DNA of 64,000 nt from Clostridia bacterium (lineage in GTDB: Bacteria > Bacillota > Clostridia > Oscillospirales > CAG-272), in assembly GCA_017508665.1 (NCBI GenBank), contig JAFVYL010000013.1:3544-67543 (forward strand). Direction: 5' to 3'. Below, piece after piece: positions 47,767-57,557 of this stretch (within the stretch, counting starts at the first letter, position 1; every line of letters begins with the position of its first letter). The notes beneath the pieces are model-generated. The model did no database searches and was not told the origin of the DNA. It saw nothing but the letters and a program-made list of their open reading frames with translations. A program made the position numbers and the translations under genes.

Positions 47767-48441
47767 ATGAGACTTTTACTTGCAGAAGACGAGAAGGAGC
47801 TTGCCAAGGCTCTTGCCGTAATACTTCGACACAACAATTATTCCGTAGACACCGTGCACAACGGTGAGGATGCTCTTTGCTATCTTGAAAACGGAGACTA
47901 TGACGGAGCTATCCTCGATATAATGATGCCTAAGATCGACGGTCTGACGGTTCTCAGAAGAATCAGAAGCAAGGGTAACGGCATACCCGTGCTGATTTTG
48001 ACGGCAAAATCGGACATTGATGACAGAGTAGAGGGACTTGATGCCGGCGCTGACGATTATCTGACAAAGCCCTTTGCTATGAAGGAGCTTCTTGCCAGAG
48101 TCAGAGCGATGCTCAGACGCCGCACGGAAAACGTGGATACCGTGCTTTCCTTCGGTGACATCACCCTCGAGCTTTCTTCAAGCATACTTGCTTGCGGAAA
48201 TCAGGAGATCAGACTTACCAACAAAGAGTTCCAAATGCTTGAGATGCTTATCACGGCAGACGGCGGTATAATCTCGGTTGAGAGATTTATGGACAAGATA
48301 TGGGGATACGACAGCGAGACAGAACAGAACGTGGTATGGGTATACGTATCGTATCTCAGAAAGAAGCTTGCTAATCTCGGCTCGTCGGTGGTTATAGAGG
48401 CGCACAGAAACCTTGGCTATTCTCTGGAGAGTAGCAAATGA
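47767..48441 (+). CDS. OmpR family response regulator
   Basis: LLAEDE, LDIMMP, GADDYLTKPF and winged helix VYVSYLRKKL..RNLGY. Confidence 0.95.
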   Translation: MRLLLAEDEKELAKALAVILRHNNYSVDTVHNGEDALCYLENGDYDGAILDIMMPKIDGLTVLRRIRSKGNGIPVLILTAKSDIDDRVEGLDAGADDYLTKPFAMKELLARVRAMLRRRTENVDTVLSFGDITLELSSSILACGNQEIRLTNKEFQMLEMLITADGGIISVERFMDKIWGYDSETEQNVVWVYVSYLRKKLANLGSSVVIEAHRNLGYSLESSK

Positions 48442-49973
48442 TAAAGCGAATCAGAAAAAAATACATCATAATAGTTATGATTGCCGTTGTAGGAGTTCTC
48501 GGACTTATAATTACGGCAATAAACGTAGCTAACTATTCTTCCATCAACGATCTGCTTGACGAAAAGCTGACTATGCTCGTTGATTACGACGGTCTTATGC
48601 CTCCCGAGGATGCTTTCATAGAGAAGCCAAAGGAGGAAGAGCCTCCGGCACTTGAGCCCGAAACACCGGGTGGCGGTACGGAAACCCCCGGCGACGGTAC
48701 AGAAACTCCCGGCGACGGTACAGAACCCCCCGGTGATGGCACAGAAAATCCGGGCGACGGTACAGAAACTCCGGGCGACGGTACAGAAACTCCCGGCGAT
48801 GGCACAGAAAATCCGGGTGATGGCACAGAAAATCCGGGTGACGGTACAGAAATACCCGGTGACGGTACACAAGATACAGACGGGAATGAGACTCCCGGCG
48901 CAGACGTCGGTAACGGAGAGGCGGATCAGGAAGAAGAACCCACACCTCCTTACGTCCACTTCGGCCCGGAAACTCCGTATGAGCTTAGATTTTTCTCTGT
49001 AAAACTTGACACGTCAGGCAACCTTTTGGACGTTTACGTTGACAGAATTTCCGCCGTGGACAGTGAAGAAGCGGTAAAATACGCGACGGACGTTTTCCGC
49101 AGCGATAAAGAAAAAGGCTATATCGGATCTTACAAATACAAGACGGGACAGACTGAGGACGGGAATCTGATATACGTATTTCTTGATGCGTCGCGCGAGC
49201 TCAAATCCTACCGCATATTCCTGATATCGAGCCTTGTTATAACCGCAGTTGGAATTTTAGCGGTTCTCGTTCTCGTTATCCTTCTTTCCGGAACGGCTTT
49301 GAAGCCTATCATAGAGAGCTATGAAAAGCAAAAAAGATTTATCACGGATGCGGGGCATGAGATGAAAACACCGCTTACCGTTATATCGGCAAATGCAGAG
49401 ATCATAGAGCTTGAGAGTGGTGAGAGCCAATGGGTGACGGGAATCAAGCATCAGGTATCCAAGCTTGCATCTCTTACAGAAAAGCTGGTTATCCTCTCTA
49501 AGATGGAGGAGGGTGTCAAGCTTGATATGAATGAGTTTTCTCTTTCCGAAGCTATCTTCGACACGTGTGACCAGTACAAGAGTATAGCGCTATCAGCAGG
49601 AACAAGCTTCGAGCTGTCGATAGCGGAGAACGTTTGTATCGTCGGAAATGAAAATGAGATAAGAAGGTGCATAAGCCTCTTGCTTGACAACGCGTTCAGA
49701 TACGTTAACAAATCGGGATTTGTCAGCATAAAGCTACAGAATTTAGTTAGCGGAGCCGAGATCAAAATCTCAAACTCTACCGACGGAGTAGAGAAGGGCT
49801 CTCTTGATAATTGGTTCGACCGTTTTTACCGCAGAGATCTCTCGAGAAACTCGGATACGGGCGGATCGGGTATAGGCCTCTCGGTTGTAAAAGCTATCGT
49901 TTTGGCACACGGAGGATCGGTTAAGGCGCACAGCCACGACGGTGAGACCGTAGAATTTGTAATAAATATTTGA
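48438..49973 (+). CDS. Sensor histidine kinase with a tandem-repeat insertion in the extracellular domain
   Basis: Two TM segments, H-box DAGHEMKTPL, N-box LLDNAFRY, FDRFYR..SR, GSGIGLS; ATGA overlap with the regulator. Confidence 0.95.
   Translation: MIKRIRKKYIIIVMIAVVGVLGLIITAINVANYSSINDLLDEKLTMLVDYDGLMPPEDAFIEKPKEEEPPALEPETPGGGTETPGDGTETPGDGTEPPGDGTENPGDGTETPGDGTETPGDGTENPGDGTENPGDGTEIPGDGTQDTDGNETPGADVGNGEADQEEEPTPPYVHFGPETPYELRFFSVKLDTSGNLLDVYVDRISAVDSEEAVKYATDVFRSDKEKGYIGSYKYKTGQTEDGNLIYVFLDASRELKSYRIFLISSLVITAVGILAVLVLVILLSGTALKPIIESYEKQKRFITDAGHEMKTPLTVISANAEIIELESGESQWVTGIKHQVSKLASLTEKLVILSKMEEGVKLDMNEFSLSEAIFDTCDQYKSIALSAGTSFELSIAENVCIVGNENEIRRCISLLLDNAFRYVNKSGFVSIKLQNLVSGAEIKISNSTDGVEKGSLDNWFDRFYRRDLSRNSDTGGSGIGLSVVKAIVLAHGGSVKAHSHDGETVEFVINI
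48660..48869 (+). repeat. In-frame tandem repeat, 10 x 21 bp, encoding E[TPNI]PG[DG]GT
   Basis: Units start at 48660, 48681, 48702 ... 48849. Confidence 0.95.
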
Positions 49974-49979
49974 TCTCAG

Positions 49980-50014
49980 AAGAGAGCCGAGAAAAAGCGC
50001 GGCTCTCTTTTTTT
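49980..50014 (+). terminator. Terminator after the kinase
   Basis: aagagagccg/cggctctctt stem with a T-run. Confidence 0.85.
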
Positions 50015-50136
50015 GCTTGGCTGAGCAAATAGGACTCAGTGAGCGTCTTTTGTGTAAAATCCACAGTGCTTCCGTTTCTTTTTTGTATAGTTTTATTTTT
50101 TTATTTAATAATACATATTTTCTATGATTTTATCAC

Positions 50137-50165
50137 TTGACTTTAAAAAAAGCGTGTGCTATGCT
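50137..50165 (+). promoter_or_regulatory. sigmaA-type promoter for the large secreted protein
   Basis: TTGACT-17 bp-TATGCT with TG extension. Confidence 0.65.
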
Positions 50166-50198
50166 AAAGTCAGCAAATTATAAAAAGGAGAACCGCTT

Positions 50199-53100
50199 AT
50201 GAAAAGCAAATTTATGAGAATACTTGCATTTATTCTCGTTATATCTTCCATGCTTTCCATGTTCTCGATCTTTGCCGGAGCTGAAGAAACCGGTACAGGC
50301 GAGCCCGGAGAGACGGAAGAAAATCCCCTTAAGCTCATGTATAACCGTACGTACGACGAAGGTTGGGACGTAAAGAACGGTTTATCTATCCAGGGTGGAT
50401 CAAACACTAAGTTTGATATCGATAATAATGTCGACATCCGCGGAAGATACAACTACTTCTGGCGTATGACCATCGGTACTACCGCCAACGAGTACTTACA
50501 GCTCGTAGGCGATAACAAGTCTAACGACTTTGGTTCGGTTATCGAGTTCGACTTTATGTCTGATGACATTACGTCTATTTACAACCCTGTTGCCATTCAC
50601 ACAAAGGGCGACACTGCTTCCGACGTTACTCCCATTAACCTTATGAAGATCGTGGACAACAAGGTTCACCTTCTTGAATCAGCCACTCCTACATTCACTA
50701 TGGAGAGCGAGAAGTGGTACAGAATTCAGGTAATAATGGACTACACAGAGGCAGAAAAGATAGGCGACACAAAGGCTGAAACCTTTAAGCTCTCTGTTTA
50801 CTACGGTCCTGCAGACGGCTCTGCTCCCATGAAGCTTTACAGCGGAGAGCCGATGTCTATGACCGCAAAGAGCGGAAACGGTCTCAGACTTGTTCGCTTC
50901 CAGTCCACCGGCGGTGATGCTGATAACATTGGTAACAGTATCTGCTTTGATAATATGAAGTATTATGAGGGCACTAATCAGATCACTCCTATCACTCCCG
51001 ATATGGGTCACGGAGAGAGAGTTGTTGAAACCTATCCCATCACCGAGGACATTAAGGGTGGTGCGAGTGTTTCCGAATCCAAGGATGATATCAGCTCAGC
51101 ACTTTCCATGAAGGTTGGCGTAAATTACTGCTACTTCAACAAGGCCAGAACTCCTATTTTTGAGGCTGAGGACGGCACCGCTTACGGCGCACCCGTTAAG
51201 ATCGACGGAAAGGTAATGGTTCCTCTTCTTCTTGTCCTCGATTACATAGGATTCAGAGCTCAGGTAAATCCCGACGGCATTTATCTTACAGTACCCACAG
51301 GCACAACGCCTTCGGTACGTCTTATCATAGGCAAGAGCGTTGCTCAGATGGGCACAGAGGAGATATCTCTCACCGCAGCTCCTGCTTACGCAAATACCGC
51401 TGAGGGTTACGAATACATAGTTATAGCGCTTGATGACATTGAAAAGCTCTTTGAGGGCTATTACAGCGACTATGATGAAATGGGATATATGGTTGTATCC
51501 AAGTTCCCGGATATGCTCGACAGAGAAGAGAACCTTGTCACCATGGTCACCATTATGAAGAAGTTCGTCTTCGACTATTACAGCGAAGAAGATATCTACA
51601 ACGACGTTAAAGAGCATACAAACTTCGAGCATCCCTACCTTCTTGCAAACGGCGACCAGCTTCAGACGGTCTACGACGAGTATCATGCACTTGAGGAGAA
51701 GTTTGCTCTCGGTCTTATCGAAGAGTATTCCGAGGAGTTCTGGATGCTTCGTACCTATAAATCCATCGTCTCCAACGGAGAATGGGCTTACTCCGAGTAT
51801 GCAAGACTCGATGAGAACGGTACATACGAGACATACAACGGTCTTCTTTCGGATGAGGATTATCCCAGCGAGCACGACGGAAGAGCACGCAGCACTTCCC
51901 GTACTCTTGCGCAGCCTAACATGGCTACCGGCGGATATGACTTTGGCGGACGTTCCAATCCCGATGGACGTACATCTCTTCTTGAATATATGGCACAGGC
52001 ATACGTCCTTACTAAGGACACCAAGTATCTCGAGGTAGCTTATGAGGTTGCTCTCGTGCTTGGTCAGTGGGAGCACTGGGGTCCCGGTCACTTCCTTAAC
52101 TGTGCGGATGCATCCAATGATTTTGCTATTTACTATGACTGGACCTATCAGGGTTACGTTGAACTCGCGGCAAGCGGTGTAAAGCGTGCTGACGGTTCGG
52201 AATATGACGTTGCTGTTCTTGCTGAGATCCTTGCAAGACAGGGTGTTCACGAGGGTTATCTCTCCACTAACGGTAAGTGTGATCACGTCAGTGATCCTGT
52301 AGGACTTGGCGGTTCTTCATATTCTTCCCGTACTAACAACTGGGCTGCAGTTTGTGTTGGCGGTATGACTGTTGCATCTCTTGCAGTTCTTGACGGTCAC
52401 GCAGGCGAGGAATATTTAGCTGAAGCTAAGTTCATCCTTTCCGCTAACTTCAAGAGCCTTCTTGATCTCGGTATGGACATCTACGCTCCCGACGGAGCTT
52501 ACGTAGAGGGTCCCGGTTATTGGAACTATGGTACTAACAACTACTTCCGTATGTGTGCGGCTCTTGATACCGCAACCGGCGGCAACTACGGCCTTATGGA
52601 TTGCTGGGGTATCGATACCACCTGTTACTATGCATGTCACACAGAGGATAACAACTCCCAGTACTTCCCCTTCCACGACGGTACTGTAGGAAGCCAGGAT
52701 ACAAGCTACTTCTTCTACGTAGCTGATTACTTCAATGATTCAACTCTTTACGACGTAAGACTTAATCAGATCAACGGCGGCACCAAGAACGGCGGTATTC
52801 TTGATATGATCTACTATCCTCGCGATATAGAGGTCGAAGCAGGTGATATTCAGCTTGATTACTACTCCGAGAGCATAGATCTCTTTGCTACCAGATCCAG
52901 CTGGGAAAAGGATGCGGTATTCGCTTCTATCATCGGCGGTAAGAACAAGGTTTCTCACGGTCAGATGGACGCAGGTGACTTTGTTTACCACGCAGACGGC
53001 AATATCTGGATCTACGACCTTGGTACTGAGAACTATAACTGTACAGGTTTCTGGCCTGATGCTACAAGATACAGATTCTACGTAATGAAGCCCGAGGGCA

Positions 53101-54101
53101 ACAACACCGTAGCGATCGCGAGTGATCCTACAGGTACTCCCTACGGTCAGATTCTTGAGGGCGTTGCTCAGGCTACAGATTGGGGCAGCAACGAGTACGG
53201 TTCTTACGTTACCTACGACATGGGCGGATGTCTTGGCTCACAGACAAGTAAGTGGAATCGCGGTATGCTTCTGACAAATGACAGAAAGACGACCGTTATT
53301 CAGGACCAGATCAGCTTCCAGAGCATGCAGCAGGTTTACTGGTTCGCTCACTACAACATCAATATAGTTGATGGCGGCGTAGAGATTTCTTCCGATGGAA
53401 GAACCGCTTATATGAGAGACTACGTTGGAACTAACGAGCACGGCGAGAAACAGTACAAGACTCTCAGACTTTCTATCGTTTCCAGCAACAAGTCGTTTAA
53501 GTTCCAGCTTATGACTACATATCAGTTCATTCATACCACCGGTCCTGAGAAGACCTATACTCCCGATGAGATCATCGCACTCGGCGGTGAGGCTGAGAAG
53601 TCCAGAAGCCAGTACAGAAAGCTTGCTATCGCATCCGGTGACGTACTTAACTTTGACGTTGCGGTAGTTATCGAGCTTGTAGACGAAGAGACTGTTGGTA
53701 AGAAGACTGAGCTTGAGGTTGGTTACGACTTCCAGCTTATGTCCACTTGGACTCCCAAGGCTGACGAGCGCGGTATCAAGATCGATCAGGGTGACACAGT
53801 TGCAAAGCGCGGCACTCCCAACATCGAGGTTCACTTCGTTCAGAGTATGGACCGTATTAAGGCCGGAGATAAGGATGGCGTTCTCTATACCGATGAGCTT
53901 AAGTATTACTTCAGATACCTCACAGATGCTCACTATGTAGTTAACATGATGGGTAGCGATATGCCTACAGAGTACAAGAGTGACGTTAACCTCTTCAAGC
54001 AGTACAGACAGGCATACACAGAATTCCGTAAGGCTGTAGTTGCAATACAGAACGATCAGGCTCTTCTTGCTCAGAGACTTATGGGTATGTTCGGTGAATA
54101 A
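50199..54101 (+). CDS. Secreted multidomain protein: signal peptide, beta-rich N-domain, copper-amine-oxidase-N-like stalk, heparinase II/III-like domain
   Basis: Sec signal ending FAGA; APVKIDGKVMVPL stalk motif; HWGPGHFLN, NNWAAVC, PDGAYVEGPGYWNYG, HGQMDAGDF..DLG and EGNNT motifs. Confidence 0.7.
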   Translation: MKSKFMRILAFILVISSMLSMFSIFAGAEETGTGEPGETEENPLKLMYNRTYDEGWDVKNGLSIQGGSNTKFDIDNNVDIRGRYNYFWRMTIGTTANEYLQLVGDNKSNDFGSVIEFDFMSDDITSIYNPVAIHTKGDTASDVTPINLMKIVDNKVHLLESATPTFTMESEKWYRIQVIMDYTEAEKIGDTKAETFKLSVYYGPADGSAPMKLYSGEPMSMTAKSGNGLRLVRFQSTGGDADNIGNSICFDNMKYYEGTNQITPITPDMGHGERVVETYPITEDIKGGASVSESKDDISSALSMKVGVNYCYFNKARTPIFEAEDGTAYGAPVKIDGKVMVPLLLVLDYIGFRAQVNPDGIYLTVPTGTTPSVRLIIGKSVAQMGTEEISLTAAPAYANTAEGYEYIVIALDDIEKLFEGYYSDYDEMGYMVVSKFPDMLDREENLVTMVTIMKKFVFDYYSEEDIYNDVKEHTNFEHPYLLANGDQLQTVYDEYHALEEKFALGLIEEYSEEFWMLRTYKSIVSNGEWAYSEYARLDENGTYETYNGLLSDEDYPSEHDGRARSTSRTLAQPNMATGGYDFGGRSNPDGRTSLLEYMAQAYVLTKDTKYLEVAYEVALVLGQWEHWGPGHFLNCADASNDFAIYYDWTYQGYVELAASGVKRADGSEYDVAVLAEILARQGVHEGYLSTNGKCDHVSDPVGLGGSSYSSRTNNWAAVCVGGMTVASLAVLDGHAGEEYLAEAKFILSANFKSLLDLGMDIYAPDGAYVEGPGYWNYGTNNYFRMCAALDTATGGNYGLMDCWGIDTTCYYACHTEDNNSQYFPFHDGTVGSQDTSYFFYVADYFNDSTLYDVRLNQINGGTKNGGILDMIYYPRDIEVEAGDIQLDYYSESIDLFATRSSWEKDAVFASIIGGKNKVSHGQMDAGDFVYHADGNIWIYDLGTENYNCTGFWPDATRYRFYVMKPEGNNTVAIASDPTGTPYGQILEGVAQATDWGSNEYGSYVTYDMGGCLGSQTSKWNRGMLLTNDRKTTVIQDQISFQSMQQVYWFAHYNINIVDGGVEISSDGRTAYMRDYVGTNEHGEKQYKTLRLSIVSSNKSFKFQLMTTYQFIHTTGPEKTYTPDEIIALGGEAEKSRSQYRKLAIASGDVLNFDVAVVIELVDEETVGKKTELEVGYDFQLMSTWTPKADERGIKIDQGDTVAKRGTPNIEVHFVQSMDRIKAGDKDGVLYTDELKYYFRYLTDAHYVVNMMGSDMPTEYKSDVNLFKQYRQAYTEFRKAVVAIQNDQALLAQRLMGMFGE

Positions 54102-54127
54102 ACAAAACAGCTGAATAAAAAAGCTTT

Positions 54128-54160
54128 GGCTGCCGCAACGAAAATTGCGGCAGCCTTTTT
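54128..54160 (+). terminator. Terminator after the secreted protein
   Basis: ggctgccgcaa/ttgcggcagcc stem with a T-run. Confidence 0.85.
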
Positions 54161-54340
54161 ATATCTGTATCTTCCAATATAATAATTAACGCTTGTGTGA
54201 GATTTAGTGTAATACTGTAAAAAACTGCATGGGATATACCGCGAAACGTAAGAACACCTCTGCGAAAAATGAAATCCTCATTAAATGATATTCTCATTTG
54301 ACGTTGAGGTTTCTTTATACGTCTTAGTAAATACCGCAAC

Positions 54341-54380
54341 AAAAAAGAGAACGCATCGGTCACCGATGCGTTCTCTTTTT
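54341..54380. terminator. Symmetric terminator downstream of kdgK
   Basis: aaaaagagaacgcatcgg-tca-ccgatgcgttctcttttt. Confidence 0.88.
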
Positions 54381-54389
54381 ATCTTAAAA

Positions 54390-55415
54390 TCATCTCTGGA
54401 TACGGCCCGATCCGTCGCCGCCTGCAAGCTTCTCAACCTCTGCAAGAGTAACCATGTTGTAGTCACCCTCGATAGAGTGCTTGAGAGCGGAAGCCGCAAC
54501 TGCGAACTCAACTGCACCCTGAGCGGACTTGCCATTCATAAGAGCGTAGATAAGACCGCCGCCGAAGGAGTCACCGCCGCCTACACGGTCGATGATGTGG
54601 AGATCGTACTTCTTGGAGAAGCAGTACTCGTCAGCCTTTACGTCATAGAGCATTGCAGACCAGCCGTTGTCGAACGCGGAGCGGCTCTCACGGAGAGTGA
54701 TAGCAACGTACTCGAAGCCGAACTTGTCAGCAAGCTGCTTTGCAACAGACTTGTAGCCCTCGTGGTTGAGCTTACCGCCGTAGATGTCGGTAGCCTCTGC
54801 CTCGATACCGAATACGTCCTTTGCATCCTCCTCGTTGGAGATGCATACGTCAACGTACTTGCAAAGCTCGGTCATTGCCTCGCGAGCCTCAGCTCTGGTC
54901 CAGAGCTTGCCGCGGTAGTTAAGGTCGCAAGAGATCTTGAGACCGTGAGCCTTTGCAGCTTTGCAAGCATCCTTGCAGATCTCAACAACATTTGCGCCGA
55001 GAGCGGGAGTGATACCGGTAAAGTGGAACCAATCTGCTCCCTCAAAGATCTTCTCCCAATCGAAGTCCTCGCGGGATGCCTTGGAAATTGCGGAATTTGC
55101 ACGGTCGTAAATACATACGGAGCCACGCTGAGATGCGCCCTTCTCGTTGAAGTAGATACCTACTCTGTCACCGCCGCGAACGATCATAGAAGTGTCTACA
55201 CCGTAACGGCGAAGGCTGTTAACAGCTGCCTGACCGATAGCGTGAGCGGGGAGCTTAGTAACGTAAGCTGCATCCATACCGTAGTTAGCAAGAGAAACGG
55301 CAACGTTTGCCTCACCGCCGCCAAAGGTGAACTCGACGTGATCGCACTGAACGAACCTTTCGTAGTTATAGGGCTGAAGGCGGAGCATAAGCTCGCCAAA
55401 AGTGATAACCTTCAT
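54390..55415 (-). CDS. kdgK: 2-dehydro-3-deoxygluconokinase (PfkB family)
   Basis: FGELMLRL, GGGEANVA, WFHFTGITPAL, DLNYRGKLW, DRVGGGDSF and LKHSIEGD motifs. Confidence 0.9.
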   Translation of the reverse strand: MKVITFGELMLRLQPYNYERFVQCDHVEFTFGGGEANVAVSLANYGMDAAYVTKLPAHAIGQAAVNSLRRYGVDTSMIVRGGDRVGIYFNEKGASQRGSVCIYDRANSAISKASREDFDWEKIFEGADWFHFTGITPALGANVVEICKDACKAAKAHGLKISCDLNYRGKLWTRAEAREAMTELCKYVDVCISNEEDAKDVFGIEAEATDIYGGKLNHEGYKSVAKQLADKFGFEYVAITLRESRSAFDNGWSAMLYDVKADEYCFSKKYDLHIIDRVGGGDSFGGGLIYALMNGKSAQGAVEFAVAASALKHSIEGDYNMVTLAEVEKLAGGDGSGRIQR

Positions 55416-55468
55416 TTTTAAAATTCCTTTCGTGAATTATATTTTAATATTTTCTTGCATACATATAT

Positions 55469-55497
55469 ATTGTAACAAATATCATCTAAAAAATCAA
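55469..55497 (-). promoter_or_regulatory. sigmaA-type promoter for kdgK
   Basis: TTGATT-17 bp-TACAAT with TG extension on the minus strand. Confidence 0.65.
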
Positions 55498-55565
55498 TAA
55501 CCTGTATTGATATTCCCGAAAACTCGGGTGATTTAAACGCGGATTGCGTAAATCCGAGATCGGCC

Positions 55566-55811
55566 TTATTTTGTGAGCTTTATTTCTTCAAGACAAGCCC
55601 GGCAGATCTTCTTACCCTTAAAGTTCAAAACGTCATCCTCGCTTCCGCAGAAGTTGCAGCAGGGATGGTACTTAGTGAGTATTATTTTGTCACCCTCTAC
55701 GTATATTTCGACCGGATCGGAGCTTGCTATATCCATCTTCTTGCGCATTTCCTTTGGCACTACGATTCTGCCAAGCTCATCAATGTGTCTTACGATACCT
55801 GTAGATTTCAT
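55566..55811 (-). CDS. abrB: AbrB family transition-state regulator
   Basis: MKSTGIVRHIDELGRIVVPKEMR..IILTKY..C.FCG..KKIC..C. Confidence 0.93.
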   Translation of the reverse strand: MKSTGIVRHIDELGRIVVPKEMRKKMDIASSDPVEIYVEGDKIILTKYHPCCNFCGSEDDVLNFKGKKICRACLEEIKLTK

Positions 55812-55835
55812 ATGATTGTTTCCTCTCTTGAATTA

Positions 55836-55891
55836 TATATCCCAAATGGGATATACAGGTATATTTTACCAAAAAAACGCCCAAGTGTCAA
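55836..55891 (-). promoter_or_regulatory. abrB sigmaA promoter with a downstream palindromic operator
   Basis: TTGACA-17 bp-TAAAAT (55891-55863) followed by the inverted repeat tatatccca-aa-tgggatata (55836-55855). Confidence 0.75.
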
Positions 55892-55976
55892 GAGCTTTGT
55901 GAGATTACTTTATTAGTGCGGAAATATTTTGCTGCTTGATATTGCGAGCACAGAGAAATGAAAGGATAGGATAATA

Positions 55977-56864
55977 ATGATAAAAAGGCTGACACCGTAT
56001 CTGCCGCGTGAGGTGAATGAGACTGTCGAAAATTTTTTAAAGACGTCGAACAAGGATACAAGAATAAACGAAATAAGGCTCAGGTCGAGCGGACCTGTTT
56101 CGCTTGTGGCAAGCGGAAAAAACATCTCGCTCGGTATTTCTTTGGGTAAGGAAAGGATAAAGGAGGTCTTTAAGCGTATATGCGGCGGAGCGGTCTATGC
56201 TCACAGAGATGACGTTTGCCGAGGGTTTATAACGCTACCCGGCGGTATCAGAGTCGGAGTCTGCGGTCACGCGCATTACGAATCCGGATCGGTCATTGGT
56301 GTCGGAGACATTTCGTCTCTCGTGTTCCGTATTCCCTCGGGGAAATGCTCCTTTTCTTCGGAGCTTTACAGAAAGTGGCATAGGTGCGGAGGCGGTATGC
56401 TGATATGCTCGGGAGCGGGAGAGGGAAAAACCACCGCTATCAGAGCTCTTGCCGGGCTTATAGGATCGGGTGCAGATGCCCGCCGCGTCGTTGTGGCGGA
56501 CGAGCGGTGCGAATTCGATCCGGATGAATATACATCCTCCCACGTGGATATTCTCAGAGGATACAAGAGAGCTCTGGGGATCGACATAGCTATAAGAACT
56601 CTGTCTGCTGAGGTGTTGATAGTGGACGAAATATCCTCTCGTGACGATGCCTGCGCTATGCTTTCAGCTCTCGGAGCGGGAGTGACTGTCATAGCAACGG
56701 TGCACGCGAGAAGCCTTTCGGATGCTATGCGGAGAGAGTACATAAGAGAACTGATAGACGGAGGACTTTTTGAGAGCGTATGCGTGATATCAAGGCAAAA
56801 CGGAGTTTTCTCATTTTCGCTCGAGAAAATTAACACGGTACAGGGGGTAACATGTCGTATTTAG
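55977..56864 (+). CDS. spoIIIAA: Stage III sporulation protein AA (ATPase)
   Basis: EIRLR, GFITLPGGIRVG.CG, GEGKTT, DERCE, IRTLS..VLIVDEI and ATVH motifs. Confidence 0.92.
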   Translation: MIKRLTPYLPREVNETVENFLKTSNKDTRINEIRLRSSGPVSLVASGKNISLGISLGKERIKEVFKRICGGAVYAHRDDVCRGFITLPGGIRVGVCGHAHYESGSVIGVGDISSLVFRIPSGKCSFSSELYRKWHRCGGGMLICSGAGEGKTTAIRALAGLIGSGADARRVVVADERCEFDPDEYTSSHVDILRGYKRALGIDIAIRTLSAEVLIVDEISSRDDACAMLSALGAGVTVIATVHARSLSDAMRREYIRELIDGGLFESVCVISRQNGVFSFSLEKINTVQGVTCRI

Positions 56865-57334
56865 GTGCTTTTGCCGTGATTATAGGCGTGTATATGATAT
56901 GGCGGGAGTATTCGTTATTTACCGGCCGTGAGGTTTTGGTGTGCCGCTCATTTTCACGGGCTGTTATGGATTACAGAGAAAAAATGATATGCTATATGGT
57001 TTCCCCTAAGGAGTGGGCGGAAAATTATTCTGATGAATGTCTGTCCGAGATAGGATTTCTTGATGCGCTCAGAGAGGGTGCGAATTTTAAAGAGGCATAC
57101 GGTGCGGTATGCGATAAGCTATGCATAACAGATGAGCTTAATTCGGTGCTCTCGGGCTGCTTTGACAGGCTTGGCGAGGGGTATCTCGAAACCGAGCTCA
57201 AGACTCTTGATGTTGCGATAGAAAAGCTTAGGTGTGAGGAGATCAGACTGAGTGAGAGTGTATCGAAAAGACGAAAGGCAACGGGCGCTGTGCTCGGGGC
57301 ATTTGCAGTCGGGACTGTTATTCTCATTATTTAG
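56852..57334 (+). CDS. spoIIIAB: Stage III sporulation protein AB, divergent
   Basis: Position after AA, length, N- and C-terminal TM, RLG motif. Confidence 0.7.
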   Translation: MSYLGAFAVIIGVYMIWREYSLFTGREVLVCRSFSRAVMDYREKMICYMVSPKEWAENYSDECLSEIGFLDALREGANFKEAYGAVCDKLCITDELNSVLSGCFDRLGEGYLETELKTLDVAIEKLRCEEIRLSESVSKRRKATGAVLGAFAVGTVILII

Positions 57335-57362
57335 TACAGGGATAAGATAAGGAGTGCGAAAA

Positions 57363-57557
57363 ATGGACGTTGATTTAATAATGAAGGTGGCAGGCGTAGG
57401 AATGATAGTCGCTGTCGTGTGTCAGATACTCGGAAAGGTCGGCAGGGATGAGCAGGCTACGCTTGTATCGGTCACCGGAATAGTGATAATTCTTGTCATA
57501 ATCATAGAGGAGATAGGTGAGCTGCTTGAATCGCTTAAAAGGATCTTTGGACTATGA
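57363..57557 (+). CDS. spoIIIAC: Stage III sporulation protein AC
   Basis: MDVDLIMKVAGVGMIVAV..Q.L...GRDEQA..IFGL. Confidence 0.93.
   Translation: MDVDLIMKVAGVGMIVAVVCQILGKVGRDEQATLVSVTGIVIILVIIIEEIGELLESLKRIFGL

Noticed and set aside
48660-48869. Possible CRISPR or non-coding repeat
   Set aside because: No spacers; in-frame coding repeat with mostly synonymous variation
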